From: an uncultured Candidatus Saccharibacteria bacterium
Lineage (GTDB): Bacteria > Patescibacteriota > Minisyncoccia > Phycocordibacterales > UBA9973
DNA: 62,605 bases
Reading direction: 5' to 3'
NCBI GenBank assembly: GCA_964591445.1
Contig: CAZQAW010000004.1
Coordinates: forward strand, 1-62,605
Shown here: in pieces, positions 1 to 9,516 of the stretch
Layout of the letters: each line of letters opens with the position of its first letter
How positions within the stretch are numbered: position 1 is the stretch's first letter
Notes under the pieces: model-generated
Databases searched by the model: none
What the model was told of the DNA's origin: nothing
Seen by the model: the letters and a program-made list of their open reading frames with translations, nothing else
Program-made: the position numbers and the translations under genes

Positions 1-16
1 AAATTTATAATTTTGT

Positions 17-46
17 AAGCGGGTATGAATAATACCCGCTTTTTTT
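17..46. terminator. Bidirectional intrinsic terminator
   Basis: AAGCGGGTAT-GAATA-ATACCCGCTT stem followed by a T run; lies downstream of the minus-strand tRNA. Confidence 0.75.
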
Positions 47-52
47 ATTTTG

Positions 53-124
53 TGACCCTACAGAGAATCGAACTCTGATTTAATCCTTGAGAAGGATCCG
101 TCCTAGCCGTTAGACGATAGGGCC
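53..124 (-). tRNA. tRNA-Glu (anticodon CTC), CCA not encoded
   Basis: Reverse complement GGCCCTA...TAGGGTC acceptor stem, anticodon arm GATCC-TTCTCAA-GGATT, T arm CAGAG-TTCGATT-CTCTG. Confidence 0.93.
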
Positions 125-209
125 TGTTTCTATGCCTTATTAGAATACAAGATTTTGCAGAAAAATCAAACTTTTTCGGGCGCTTTTTTATGCTATACTT
201 GCCGTATCT

Positions 210-1223
210 ATGGGACTTTTTTCGAAAAAACTTGGCATTGATTTGGGGACGGCAAACACTTTGGTGTACGTGCCTGGGAAGGGTATTGTCTTGAACGAAC
301 CTTCCGTCGTTGCTGTTTCAGAATTCGACAACAAGATCCTCGCCATCGGCGTTGAGGCCAAGAAAATGGTGGGAAAAACTCCCGAATCCATTATCGCTTA
401 CCGGCCAATGAAAGATGGCGTGATTGCAGATTATCGAGTTACCGAAGCAATGCTTCGCTACTTTATCGGCAAAGCGCTCGGGCCTTTTTCACTTTTTAAA
501 CCAGAAGTAATGATCTCCGTTCCGGCGGGCGTTACTTCGACAGAACGTCGGGCGGTTATCGAAGCTGCAATCAAAGCCGGCGCGAAGCAAGCGTTCGTGG
601 TCAAGGAGCCGATCTTGGCGGCAATCGGTGCAGGAATTCCCATTCATGAATCAAGCGGACATATGATCGTCGACATCGGCGGAGGAACGACAGACGTTGC
701 GGTTATCTCGCTCGGAGGAATTGTTGCTTCGACTTCGGTCAAATGCGCTGGGAATAAAATCGACCAAGCGATTGCAGACTATATTAAAAAAACGTTTAAC
801 CTTGCTATCGGAGACAAAACTGCGGAATATTTGAAAATAAAAATCGGTGCAGCGGTGCCGCTTGAAGAAGAACTAACGCTGACAATTAAAGGACGCGACT
901 TCATCCAAGGCTTGCCGCGTTCGGTGCAAGTTTCGACAAACGAAGTCGTCAAAGCTATCGACAAAGAATTGAAACAGATCATCAAAGCGATCAAAGACGT
1001 GCTGCAAGAAACTCCGCCCGAACTTGCGTCCGATATTATCGACCACGGTATCACGATGACAGGTGGCACATCACAGCTTCGCAACTTGCCAGACTTGGTG
1101 TACAGAAAAACCGGCGTGAAAGCGCAGCTCGCAGACGATGCACTTTTCTGTGTGGCAAAGGGCACAGGATCCGCGCTTGAACATTTGGACACTTACAAAA
1201 AAGCTATCATTAGCAAACGCTAA
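210..1223 (+). CDS. mreB: Rod shape-determining protein MreB
   Basis: GIDLGTANT, DIGGGTTD, GGTSQL actin-fold motifs; 337 aa. Confidence 0.97.
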   Translation: MGLFSKKLGIDLGTANTLVYVPGKGIVLNEPSVVAVSEFDNKILAIGVEAKKMVGKTPESIIAYRPMKDGVIADYRVTEAMLRYFIGKALGPFSLFKPEVMISVPAGVTSTERRAVIEAAIKAGAKQAFVVKEPILAAIGAGIPIHESSGHMIVDIGGGTTDVAVISLGGIVASTSVKCAGNKIDQAIADYIKKTFNLAIGDKTAEYLKIKIGAAVPLEEELTLTIKGRDFIQGLPRSVQVSTNEVVKAIDKELKQIIKAIKDVLQETPPELASDIIDHGITMTGGTSQLRNLPDLVYRKTGVKAQLADDALFCVAKGTGSALEHLDTYKKAIISKR

Positions 1224-1224
1224 T

Positions 1225-1932
1225 ATGAAAGAATTTCTCGCGCTCGCATTTAGCAAAGGAGAGCTCCACCATGCATACGTGTTGGAAGGAGAAAGCTCTG
1301 CGGTGGCGAGTATTGTAGAAAGTTTTTTGAAAGAGAATAATTTGCCTTACGAAGGCAATGCCGACTACGACAAAAGAATATACGAAAACTTTTCCATCGA
1401 AGACGCACGCGTGCTCAAAGAAAGCGCAGTCAGCAAGGCTTTTGGTGAAGGGAAGAGAATTTTCTTTTTAGATGTTGGCGCGTTCAACCGCGAAGCTGAA
1501 CATGCGCTTCTCAAACTTTTTGAAGAGCCGCTGGCGGGAACGCATTTCTTTATCCGCATGAACGACAGCTCGCACTTGCTACCGACGCTTCTTTCGCGCG
1601 TGATAGTTTTGAAAGATGAACATACTAAAACAGAAACTTCGCAAGCGAAAAGTTTTCTCAAGCTATCTGCAAAAGACCGTTTGGCGTACGTTGCCAAACT
1701 TGTTGTTGCTCATGACAAAGACGAAAGTTCCTTTGCGCTCAAGCACCAAGCTCGCTCGCTCATCCGCTCGCTCGCCACACATATCCACCAACAAGGTGTT
1801 TGGAAAACAGACCCGAAGCATGCATTTTATTTAGAAGAACTTACAAAAGCCGACGAATTCCTCCACCAACAAGGCGCTTCAGCGAAATTGTTGTTGGAGC
1901 ATCTTGCGCTCATACTCTCAATTGCATCTTGA
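1225..1932 (+). CDS. holB: Short DNA polymerase III delta-prime-like protein
   Basis: LHHAYVL, ALLKLFEEP, LLPTLLSRV motifs; start moved to the ATG just after the mreB stop. Confidence 0.75.
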   Translation: MKEFLALAFSKGELHHAYVLEGESSAVASIVESFLKENNLPYEGNADYDKRIYENFSIEDARVLKESAVSKAFGEGKRIFFLDVGAFNREAEHALLKLFEEPLAGTHFFIRMNDSSHLLPTLLSRVIVLKDEHTKTETSQAKSFLKLSAKDRLAYVAKLVVAHDKDESSFALKHQARSLIRSLATHIHQQGVWKTDPKHAFYLEELTKADEFLHQQGASAKLLLEHLALILSIAS

Positions 1933-1957
1933 CAGGTTATATAAGTTAGTGTATTCT
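1929..1957 (+). promoter_or_regulatory. Sigma70-like promoter of the AT-rich ORFan
   Basis: TTGACA-17 nt-TATTCT; -35 overlaps the holB stop codon. Confidence 0.7.
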
Positions 1958-1980
1958 CTGTAGAAATAAAAAATAGAAAA

Positions 1981-2583
1981 ATGATAACACACTTCGCTGA
2001 TGCATTTGAGTATGTAAACTCAAAGTATCTCTTTAACAAAGAAAACTATCCTGTAATAGGAAGTCTAACATCAGAACAAGTAAAAATTTTCTCACTGAAT
2101 CACGGATTACTACATGTTTTGAAATCTGCTAACAAAATCAATGACGATGTTCCTTTCCAGAAAAAGGACATCCGGAAACTTCAATGGATTATCCAACCGG
2201 ATGAAAAACTTGGAACCATCCCTTTAATTCAAAAAGTGGGGACACTTAAAATGCTTGTTAATATAATGTCACTTGCGCATGTAGCAGGAATTACAACGGA
2301 ACAAGTGAGCGAATTTAAAATACCTAGTGATGAAGAAATGACCATTTTGATTCCCAAGAATCAGATGAAGTTAAAAACCACTCCAACTTTTCCTGATACT
2401 ATTAGTTTTTTAGTTGAAAGTTTGGCTTGTTTTTTAGAAAATGCAGATCATAAAAACCAGTTGAATAATGAAGGTGTCCACGATTTGTTGAGAGCAGTAT
2501 TCCTTGCGACAATGTATTGGTTTGATGATTTCTGGGTCCGTGATTTCCTGAATCAAATTCCAAATGTGATGAAGAGTAAATAA
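1981..2583 (+). CDS. Hypothetical protein (AT-rich insert)
   Basis: 200-aa ORF with own promoter and A-rich leader; no recognised family. Confidence 0.75.
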   Translation: MITHFADAFEYVNSKYLFNKENYPVIGSLTSEQVKIFSLNHGLLHVLKSANKINDDVPFQKKDIRKLQWIIQPDEKLGTIPLIQKVGTLKMLVNIMSLAHVAGITTEQVSEFKIPSDEEMTILIPKNQMKLKTTPTFPDTISFLVESLACFLENADHKNQLNNEGVHDLLRAVFLATMYWFDDFWVRDFLNQIPNVMKSK

Positions 2584-2654
2584 TTTTTTTACAAGCCAAA
2601 CCGTAAAAGGGGAGGCTTTTTCTTTTTATCTGCACTGTGGTACACTTTCACCAT

Positions 2655-3191
2655 ATGGCATACAATTTTTCCACATTTAAAGAAGAAACAAAAAAAGTCG
2701 AAGAGTGGCTGGCAAATGCTTACAGCGGTTTGCATACCGGCCGGGCGACGCCCATCGTGCTTGACTCCGTGCAGATCGAATCTTACGGCACTCGCATGCC
2801 GGTGAAAAATGTCGCTTCTGTCTCGATTGAAGATCCAAAAACGCTTCGCGTAACGCCTTGGGACAAAACGCACATCAAAGAAATCGAAAAAGCTGTGCAA
2901 GCGGCAAACCTTGGGCTTTCTGTTGCGACAGACGAAGCTGGGCTTCGAGTGATATTTCCGATGCTGACCGAAGAGAACCGCATGAAGCTCGTCAAAGTAT
3001 TGAAAGAAAAATTGGAAGACGCGCGCATTTCCATCCGCAAAGAACGCGAAAGTGTGTTGAACGATATTAAAACGATTCCTTCCGAAGACGAGATTTTCAA
3101 CGCAAAGCAAGAACTTCAAGAACTTGTCGACAAAGCAAACGCAAACTTGGAAGCATTATTTGATAAGAAAGAAAAAGAAGTTTTGAATTAA
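2655..3191 (+). CDS. frr: Ribosome recycling factor
   Basis: TGRATP, VTPWDK, ARISIRKER motifs. Confidence 0.95.
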   Translation: MAYNFSTFKEETKKVEEWLANAYSGLHTGRATPIVLDSVQIESYGTRMPVKNVASVSIEDPKTLRVTPWDKTHIKEIEKAVQAANLGLSVATDEAGLRVIFPMLTEENRMKLVKVLKEKLEDARISIRKERESVLNDIKTIPSEDEIFNAKQELQELVDKANANLEALFDKKEKEVLN

Positions 3192-3194
3192 TTC

Positions 3195-4292
3195 ATGAGC
3201 ATCATACTTTTCATCGTTATCTTGGCAGTGCTTGTCATCTCGCACGAGTTCGGGCATTTTATTGTCGCACGCGCATTCGGTGTGCGAGTAGACGAGTTCG
3301 GCTTCGGGTATCCGCCTCGCCTTGCAAAGCTTTTTAAAAAAGGGGATACAGAATACACTTTGAACTGGCTGCCATTTGGAGGCTTTGTGAAAATCTTTGG
3401 AGAAAACCCAGACGACGAAAACACCAACGGCCCCGACAAAGCGCGAAGCTTTGTTCACAAACCAAAATGGCAGCAAGCGCTCATCCTGGTTGCTGGAGTT
3501 GTAGCAAACTTTGTGCTTGCGTGGATTCTCATTTCCATCAGCTTTATGTCTGGCTCTCCAGCTTCGACAGCGAGCGTGCCGTCTGGTACGACTATTACCG
3601 ACGCCGAGCTTGTCATTCTTGATGTCACCAAAGGTTCTCCGGCAGAAAATGCCGGGCTTGTGGTGGGGGATTCTATTTCTGCAATCCAATCTGGAAATGA
3701 AAAAGTAAACAATCCAACTCCGGATGGGCTTCGAGCATTCATTGCAAAACACGGCACGAACAACCTTACGCTGTATCTAAAAGATGAAGGCGCAGAGCGC
3801 ATTGTTACCGTCACGCCAGTCATGTCAGAAGGTGCAAATGTGCCGATCATCGGCATCCAGATGGATCAAGTCGGTATCGTGAAGCTTTCATTCTTCAAAG
3901 CGCTTGGCTACGGCTTTACCGAGTCTGTGCATATGACGGGTGCAATAGCAGTGTCTTTGTTTGACCTTGTGAAAAATGCTGTTGTTGGCAAAGCGGATTT
4001 TAGTCAGATTACCGGGCCAGTCGGCATTGTGGGTATTGTTGGAGACGCGGCAAAGTTCGGCTTCATCTATCTGCTTTCATTTACTGCGCTCATCTCGCTC
4101 AACTTGGCAGTCATCAACCTCATCCCATTCCCAGCGCTCGACGGAGGCCGCTTGCTCTTCATCGTTATAGAAAAAATAAAAGGCAGCCGCATCAAACCGC
4201 AAGTTGCCAACTGGTTGAACACCATAGGTTTTGGCTTACTCATCCTGCTCATGCTTGTGGTGACGTATCACGATATTGTGAAGTTGTTTTAA
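3195..4292 (+). CDS. rseP: RIP metalloprotease RseP (M50, PDZ)
   Basis: HEFGH, PFGGFV, NLIPFPALDGG motifs. Confidence 0.95.
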   Translation: MSIILFIVILAVLVISHEFGHFIVARAFGVRVDEFGFGYPPRLAKLFKKGDTEYTLNWLPFGGFVKIFGENPDDENTNGPDKARSFVHKPKWQQALILVAGVVANFVLAWILISISFMSGSPASTASVPSGTTITDAELVILDVTKGSPAENAGLVVGDSISAIQSGNEKVNNPTPDGLRAFIAKHGTNNLTLYLKDEGAERIVTVTPVMSEGANVPIIGIQMDQVGIVKLSFFKALGYGFTESVHMTGAIAVSLFDLVKNAVVGKADFSQITGPVGIVGIVGDAAKFGFIYLLSFTALISLNLAVINLIPFPALDGGRLLFIVIEKIKGSRIKPQVANWLNTIGFGLLILLMLVVTYHDIVKLF

Positions 4293-4309
4293 TTCTATTT
4301 TTTTTATTA

Positions 4310-4346
4310 AAAAACGCATGATTATTTTGTATAATCATGCGTTTTT
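4310..4346. terminator. Bidirectional terminator between convergent genes
   Basis: Perfect 16-bp stem AAAAACGCATGATTAT / ATAATCATGCGTTTTT, 5-nt loop. Confidence 0.85.
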
Positions 4347-4757
4347 GTTATTTGATTCAACTGGTTTACTCAAGCCGTACGAAAATGCAGTCATAAACAT
4401 AATTACGACTACGCAGTATGCTGAAAACTTTGGCATAGTTTCAAGAAAAAAAGTTGGATAAAACATTTTCTGGTAAATGTAAAAAAATACACACCCTGTG
4501 GCAATACCCGTAGTTCCAAATACTACTGTGCATAAACAAGCTCCTATTTCGTCAAATTGTTTTGCAATGTAGTACACTCGTAAGCTAGCAATGATTGTAT
4601 ATGTTACAAGCACTGCAAGTACTATCTTTACAAATATTTCTAATTCATTTGCGTTTGCAATGTGTAACTTTTGTTGTGATGCAATGCATGTGCTTATCAT
4701 GAGTAGAATAAGCATACATGTGCTACTTACGTTTATTATTTTTTCAAGTGTCCCCAT
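4335..4757 (-). CDS. Small multi-pass membrane protein (cassette 1)
   Basis: About four hydrophobic segments; start set at MGTLEK downstream of the repeated promoter. Confidence 0.7.
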   Translation of the reverse strand: MGTLEKIINVSSTCMLILLMISTCIASQQKLHIANANELEIFVKIVLAVLVTYTIIASLRVYYIAKQFDEIGACLCTVVFGTTGIATGCVFFYIYQKMFYPTFFLETMPKFSAYCVVVIMFMTAFSYGLSKPVESNNKNA

Positions 4758-4779
4758 GTGCTCTTGTTTTTTAGATTTC

Positions 4780-4816
4780 TTTTCAAAATACCACCAATCC
4801 ACACCATTTGTCAAAT
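4780..4816 (-). repeat. 37-bp direct repeat copy 1, reads as a sigma70 promoter on the minus strand
   Basis: ATTTGACA-AATGGTGTGGATTGGTGG-TATTTTGAAAA; identical at 5417-5453 and 6334-6370. Confidence 0.95.
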
Positions 4817-4818
4817 TA

Positions 4819-4845
4819 AAATCCCTGGTAGTATGCCAAGGATTT
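4819..4845 (-). terminator. Terminator of cassette 2, abutting the next promoter
   Basis: Minus strand AAATCCTTGG-CATACTA-CCAGGGATTT; G-U wobble only on the minus strand. Confidence 0.75.
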
Positions 4846-4861
4846 GAATTTTATAGTAAGT

Positions 4862-5404
4862 TTAAATCAATAGTATTAAATTATAAGATATGTGAACTAG
4901 TGACGTAAGAACAAAAGCTTTACTTATGTTCTTACTTTGCCACATATCTGTTTCAAAGATATAGCCACCGTATCTTAAATAGATAACTGAAAACCACACT
5001 CCAGACGTTCCTTGTACCAGTAAGCCATAAGGGTTACTATGGGCAATTCCAAACAACAACGAGCTTATGCCTACCGCAAGACAGATAATAAGTGGATGGT
5101 TTTTATTAAATTTCCAAATGAACATATCTTGAACAAATGTTAATGGCACAACTCTAAAAATAAGTTCTTCAATTGGACCGAATAAAACAATTTGTCTTAT
5201 TGTGGGTCTTACTCCACTGGTTTCCTCTGCTGCCAGTTCAAAATTTGCAAAAAGTACCAATAAAAATAGAGTTAAAACCGCAAAGACAAAAAGCATACAT
5301 AATCCAAAAAAATATCCAACCACAAATGCCGATAAGCTCAAATCTCTTGGATTAAAGATTTTTTTGCATAGACTGATAAAAAGCAAATTAATAGAGTATC
5401 CCAT
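4862..5404 (-). CDS. CPBP family intramembrane protease (CAAX/Abi-like, cassette 2)
   Basis: EELIFR (EExxxR), FGIAH (FxxxH), HISYN (HxxxN) motifs in a hydrophobic protein. Confidence 0.85.
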   Translation of the reverse strand: MGYSINLLFISLCKKIFNPRDLSLSAFVVGYFFGLCMLFVFAVLTLFLLVLFANFELAAEETSGVRPTIRQIVLFGPIEELIFRVVPLTFVQDMFIWKFNKNHPLIICLAVGISSLLFGIAHSNPYGLLVQGTSGVWFSVIYLRYGGYIFETDMWQSKNISKAFVLTSLVHISYNLILLI

Positions 5405-5416
5405 ATTTATTTTTTC

Positions 5417-5453
5417 TTTTCAAAATACCACCAATCCACACCATTTGTCAAAT
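5417..5453 (-). repeat. 37-bp direct repeat copy 2 (promoter)
   Basis: Identical to copy 1; identity with copy 1 extends to 46 bp (5413-5458 vs 4776-4821). Confidence 0.95.
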
Positions 5454-5458
5454 TAAAA

Positions 5459-5488
5459 GGTCCTGGAAATAGTACTATTCCCAGGACC
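5459..5488 (-). terminator. Terminator of cassette 3
   Basis: Minus strand GGTCCTGGGAATAG-TA-CTATTTCCAGGACC then TTTT. Confidence 0.85.
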
Positions 5489-5491
5489 TAC

Positions 5492-6319
5492 TTAGTGTAC
5501 CTTTATAGAATTTTCTTTTTCAATAATATGGAAAATTCTCTTGTTTGAATTTGTGTATGCCTTAAGCAACCTGAAGCCCATTTTTTCATGAAAAAGTATC
5601 GAACTATGATTATCTGGTGATACTTCTGTAATAACATGATCAACCGGAGATTCTTCAAAATGTTCATCAAGTTGACTAAACAAATGTCGGTACAACTGTT
5701 TCCCAATGCCACATCCAAAATATTTTCTATCTACGCCAATCTGGGCGATATACAGCGTGTTGTTCGGTTTTTTGCCTGTATGGACATCAACCATTTTCAC
5801 AAACTCGTTCATGAAAGGATGACTCTGTACGTCATATTTCATGAGCGCAATCAGGTATCCTAGGCATGCGTTTGATTTCTTGTCGATCGCTATGTATATT
5901 TGAGAAAAACCTCCTTTCTTGTTGAGGATAATTTTTTCTAAATATGATTGCGGGGTGAGAAGTGTGACAAAGCCTTTCTTGCTGTCTTTGGCTAGTAGGT
6001 AGTTCTGATGATTTTTAATCTGTAATTCAATGATGTGCGGTATGTCTTTAAAATTCGCATGTTTTATGTATATCTGTTTGTCAGACCGCTTGGGTGTTTT
6101 AGTATAAGTTACCTTGAGCTTGTAGTAAGCCATATGTTGGGCTTTTGTTGACCCAGGTTCTACTGAAATAACTTCCGCTTTTTTTACCTTGAGTAGGTAA
6201 CCCGGAACGTGTTTATGGAGTTCAATTTCGGCAGCATCACGGATATGCTTTGTGCGCTGGCCTTCTTGAGCCCAATGGTCAGGTTGGAATGTTTGGACGA
6301 TGTAAGTTTCTGTTGCCAT
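5492..6319 (-). CDS. GNAT family acetyltransferase with unknown N-terminal domain (cassette 3)
   Basis: LYIAQIGVDRKYFGCGIGKQLY acetyl-CoA motif A; N..SILFHEKMGF motif B. Confidence 0.85.
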   Translation of the reverse strand: MATETYIVQTFQPDHWAQEGQRTKHIRDAAEIELHKHVPGYLLKVKKAEVISVEPGSTKAQHMAYYKLKVTYTKTPKRSDKQIYIKHANFKDIPHIIELQIKNHQNYLLAKDSKKGFVTLLTPQSYLEKIILNKKGGFSQIYIAIDKKSNACLGYLIALMKYDVQSHPFMNEFVKMVDVHTGKKPNNTLYIAQIGVDRKYFGCGIGKQLYRHLFSQLDEHFEESPVDHVITEVSPDNHSSILFHEKMGFRLLKAYTNSNKRIFHIIEKENSIKVH

Positions 6320-6333
6320 TTGTTTGTTTTTTA

Positions 6334-6370
6334 TTTTCAAAATACCACCAATCCACACCATTTGTCAAAT
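6334..6370 (-). repeat. 37-bp direct repeat copy 3 (promoter)
   Basis: Identical 37-mer upstream of the GNAT gene. Confidence 0.95.
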
Positions 6371-6426
6371 GGCGATTTGCTTTGCTTGAGAAAACATGTT
6401 ATTCTAAAAACACTTTTGCCTTCGGG

Positions 6427-6458
6427 CCAGCCTTCACCAAGGTTACGGCCTGGCAGGC
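6427..6458 (+). repeat. GC-rich short palindromic element in the typA leader
   Basis: CCAG-CCTT-CACC-AAGG-TTACGGC-CTGG-CAGGC nested stems in an AT-rich spacer; translates PSPRLRPGR. Confidence 0.55.
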
Positions 6459-6498
6459 ATTTTTATTTTATTTGCTTCATTTTTAAGGATATTTATTT

Positions 6499-8298
6499 AT
6501 GGAAATTCGAAACATTGCGATCATCGCCCACGTGGACCACGGAAAAACGACTCTTACAGACAAACTCATGACCCAGTGCGGGATGGTAGAAGAGGGCGTG
6601 ACGATGGATTCAAACTCTATCGAACAAGAACGTGGAATCACGATCTATGCAAAAAACACTTCTGTTAACTACAAAGGCACAAAAATAAATATCGTAGACA
6701 CGCCAGGACACGCGGACTTTGGAAGTGAAGTTGAGCGTGTACTTCGCGCTATCGACTCGGTGCTTTTGCTTGTCGACGCGCAAGAAGGCCCGATGCCGCA
6801 AACTCGTTTCGTTTTGAAAAAGTCTCTAGAGCTTGGTTTGAAGCCGATCGTGGTCATCAACAAGATCGACAAGCCGGCCGCAGACCCGCACAAAGTGCAC
6901 GAAATGGTGCTTGAACTTTTCATGGAGCTCGGTGCAAACGACGAACAGCTCGATTTTGAAACGATCTACGCCATCGGCCGCGAAGGCGTTGCGAAAAGAA
7001 AACTCACAGACGAATCAAAAGACTTGTCTCCGCTTTTGGATTTGGTGTTAGAAAAAGTTGCTCCAGTTTCTGGATCGCTCGAAGACCAGCTTGTCGCGCA
7101 GGTGTTCAACTTGGGTTACGACAATTTCTTGGGGCGAATGGCTGTTGCGCGCGTATACGCTGGCTCTATCAAAATGGGGCAGACGATCATCGTCAAACAG
7201 TCAAACGGAACTTCTCGTACAGCGCGTGTCACAAAACTTTTTACATTTGAAGGAACAACTCGCAAAGAAGTACAAGAGGCGACGTATGGCGACATCGTGC
7301 TTGTCGCCGGAATTCCAGACGTATATATTGGAGAAACTATTTGCGGGAATGCTGAAACGCCCTCTCTTCCATCGATCTCGATCGACGAGCCAACTATCTC
7401 TCTTAACTTTTTGGTGAACGACTCGCCGTTTGCTGGTCGCGAAGGCAAGTTCGTCACCGGACGACAAATCCGCGAACGCTTGGAAAAAGAACTCGAAGTG
7501 AACGTTGGTTTGAAAGTAGATTTTTCTCCGGAAGAGTCTGGCAACGGCGGACCAAGTTTCTATAAAGTCTACGGTCGCGGAGAACTTCATATTGCAGTCT
7601 TGCTTGAAAATATGCGCCGCGAAGGATACGAACTTCAGGTGTCTCAGCCGCAAGTTATCATCAAAGAAGTTGATGGCGTGATGTCAGAACCATTTGAAGA
7701 ACTCATCATGGACGTGCCCGAAGAATCTTCAGGAACAGTTATCGAGAAAATCACGAAGCGTCGCGGAATGATGACACACATGCACGAGAAAAATGGCATT
7801 ATGCGATTGGTTTTTGATATTCCAACTCGCGGACTTTTGGGCTACCGAGGGCAATTCATCGTCGATACGAAAGGCGAGGGAATCATGTCTTCACGCGTGA
7901 GCGGATTTAAAGAAAAAGTGGGCGATATCAAAAAACGCGAAGCAGGTTCAATGGCCTCTATGGTGTCTGGAAAAGCGGTTGCGTTCGCGCTTGCCAACTT
8001 GCAAGAGCGCGGCACGATGTATATTGGCCACGGAACGGAAGTATATGAAGGCATGGTGGTTGGAAACGTCTTGAAAGGCGAAGAAATGTCTGTAAACCCG
8101 ACAAAAGGGAAGCAGCTTACAAACATGCGTGCATCCGGTTCTGACGAAGCTATCGTCCTTAAGCCTGCGTATACGCTCTCTATCGAGCGCGGGCTTGAGC
8201 TCATGGGCGAAGATGAATATTTGGAAGTTACGCCGCAGAGTGTACGTTTGCGCAAGAAGTATTTGACCGAGCTTGACCGAGTGCGTTCCAAGCGCTAA
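6499..8298 (+). CDS. typA: Translational GTPase TypA/BipA
   Basis: [33 protein letters not shown] motifs. Confidence 0.97.
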   Translation: MEIRNIAIIAHVDHGKTTLTDKLMTQCGMVEEGVTMDSNSIEQERGITIYAKNTSVNYKGTKINIVDTPGHADFGSEVERVLRAIDSVLLLVDAQEGPMPQTRFVLKKSLELGLKPIVVINKIDKPAADPHKVHEMVLELFMELGANDEQLDFETIYAIGREGVAKRKLTDESKDLSPLLDLVLEKVAPVSGSLEDQLVAQVFNLGYDNFLGRMAVARVYAGSIKMGQTIIVKQSNGTSRTARVTKLFTFEGTTRKEVQEATYGDIVLVAGIPDVYIGETICGNAETPSLPSISIDEPTISLNFLVNDSPFAGREGKFVTGRQIRERLEKELEVNVGLKVDFSPEESGNGGPSFYKVYGRGELHIAVLLENMRREGYELQVSQPQVIIKEVDGVMSEPFEELIMDVPEESSGTVIEKITKRRGMMTHMHEKNGIMRLVFDIPTRGLLGYRGQFIVDTKGEGIMSSRVSGFKEKVGDIKKREAGSMASMVSGKAVAFALANLQERGTMYIGHGTEVYEGMVVGNVLKGEEMSVNPTKGKQLTNMRASGSDEAIVLKPAYTLSIERGLELMGEDEYLEVTPQSVRLRKKYLTELDRVRSKR

Positions 8299-8332
8299 AT
8301 ATCAGACCAGGGTTTCCACAGTTGTCCACTTC

Positions 8333-8361
8333 TTGACTTGTTTATGAACTGATGCTATTAT
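8333..8361 (+). promoter_or_regulatory. Sigma70-like promoter
   Basis: TTGACT-17 nt-TATTAT with extended TG. Confidence 0.7.
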
Positions 8362-8407
8362 CAAAGTATTGATAAGAACACATTTAATATTTAATTTATT
8401 GTAAAGT

Positions 8408-9439
8408 ATGGCACAAAAAATTTCGTTCAAACCAAAGCAGGTTACAAAGAAAATTCTCGGGCATTTGCATGACCGCGCACACGACGTCGTTTCAAAGCGT
8501 TTTGGGCTTTCTGAAGACGCAGAACGCAAGACACTTGAAGCTATCGGAGAAATGTATGGCATCACCCGAGAACGCGTTCGTCAGATTGAAAATGCAGCGC
8601 TTACGTCTATCCGAAAAGGTGACGCATACAAAAGCGAGCAGGCTGTGTTTGACGAATTGAAAACGATCATCCACGAAATGGGCGCACTCGTGCCAGAACA
8701 AGAACTCCTTGAATCTATCTCCAAAGATCGCAATACTCAGAATCACGTGCATCTTTATCTCGTGCTCGGTGATGATTTTACAAAAGAAAAAGAAGATGAC
8801 AACTTTGCTGCACGATGGAGTGTGGATGAAGATATCTCCAAAGAAGTTCACGACTCGCTTCACAAACTCTACGCGTCACTTTCTGACGACGAACTCCTTT
8901 CTGAAAACGAAATCGTCACAAAGTTCATCGACCATTTGAAAAATGTGTCAGACAAATACAAGAATGAAGAGATCGCTCGCCGATGGCTCACTCTTTCAAA
9001 GAAAATCGCCAAGAATCCGCTCGGTGAATGGGGTAAGATCGATTCTTCAAACGTCAAAACTCGAGGAATCAAGGACTACGCATTCTTGATCATGCGAAAA
9101 CACGGCAGCCCGATGCACTTCAAAGAAGTCGCAAAGGCTATCGAAGCAACATTTAACAAAAAGACGCACGTTGCAACGACTCACAACGAACTTATCAAAG
9201 ACAAACGTTTCGTTCTCGTCGGCCGCGGTATTTACGCGCTCAAAGAATGGGGCTACGAAGGCGGAGTGGTGCGAGACGTGATCAAGAAAATCTTGAAAAA
9301 AGAAGGTCCGCTTTCCAAAGAAGATGTTGTTGAACGAGTTCTCAAAGAACGCTATCTTAAGAAAAACACTATCCTCGTAAACTTACAGAACGCAAAGTAT
9401 TTCAAAAAGAATAAAGCTGGACTCTACACAGTTGCGTAA
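8408..9439 (+). CDS. Sigma70 region-4 HTH fused to HARE-HTH/RNAP-delta-like winged helices
   Basis: N-terminal TLEAIGEMYGITRERVRQIE; C-terminal MHFKEVA...HNELIKDKRFVLVGRGIYALKEWG. Confidence 0.75.
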   Translation: MAQKISFKPKQVTKKILGHLHDRAHDVVSKRFGLSEDAERKTLEAIGEMYGITRERVRQIENAALTSIRKGDAYKSEQAVFDELKTIIHEMGALVPEQELLESISKDRNTQNHVHLYLVLGDDFTKEKEDDNFAARWSVDEDISKEVHDSLHKLYASLSDDELLSENEIVTKFIDHLKNVSDKYKNEEIARRWLTLSKKIAKNPLGEWGKIDSSNVKTRGIKDYAFLIMRKHGSPMHFKEVAKAIEATFNKKTHVATTHNELIKDKRFVLVGRGIYALKEWGYEGGVVRDVIKKILKKEGPLSKEDVVERVLKERYLKKNTILVNLQNAKYFKKNKAGLYTVA

Positions 9440-9441
9440 TA

Positions 9442-9476
9442 CAAAAACCTCTCGTCGAAAGATTGAGAGGTTTTTG
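9442..9476. terminator. Intrinsic terminator
   Basis: CAAAAACCTCTC / GAGAGGTTTTTG stem capped by GTC-GAAA-GAT. Confidence 0.8.
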
Positions 9477-9516
9477 CTTTGAAAAAAAACATACTCACGG
9501 TATACTTTCTATATAC

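Noticed and set aside
4780-6370. 37-bp repeats as a CRISPR array or integron attC sites
   Set aside because: Spacing is about 600-880 bp with whole genes between; the repeat is not palindromic; no attC-type inverted core and no cas1 or integrase in the window.
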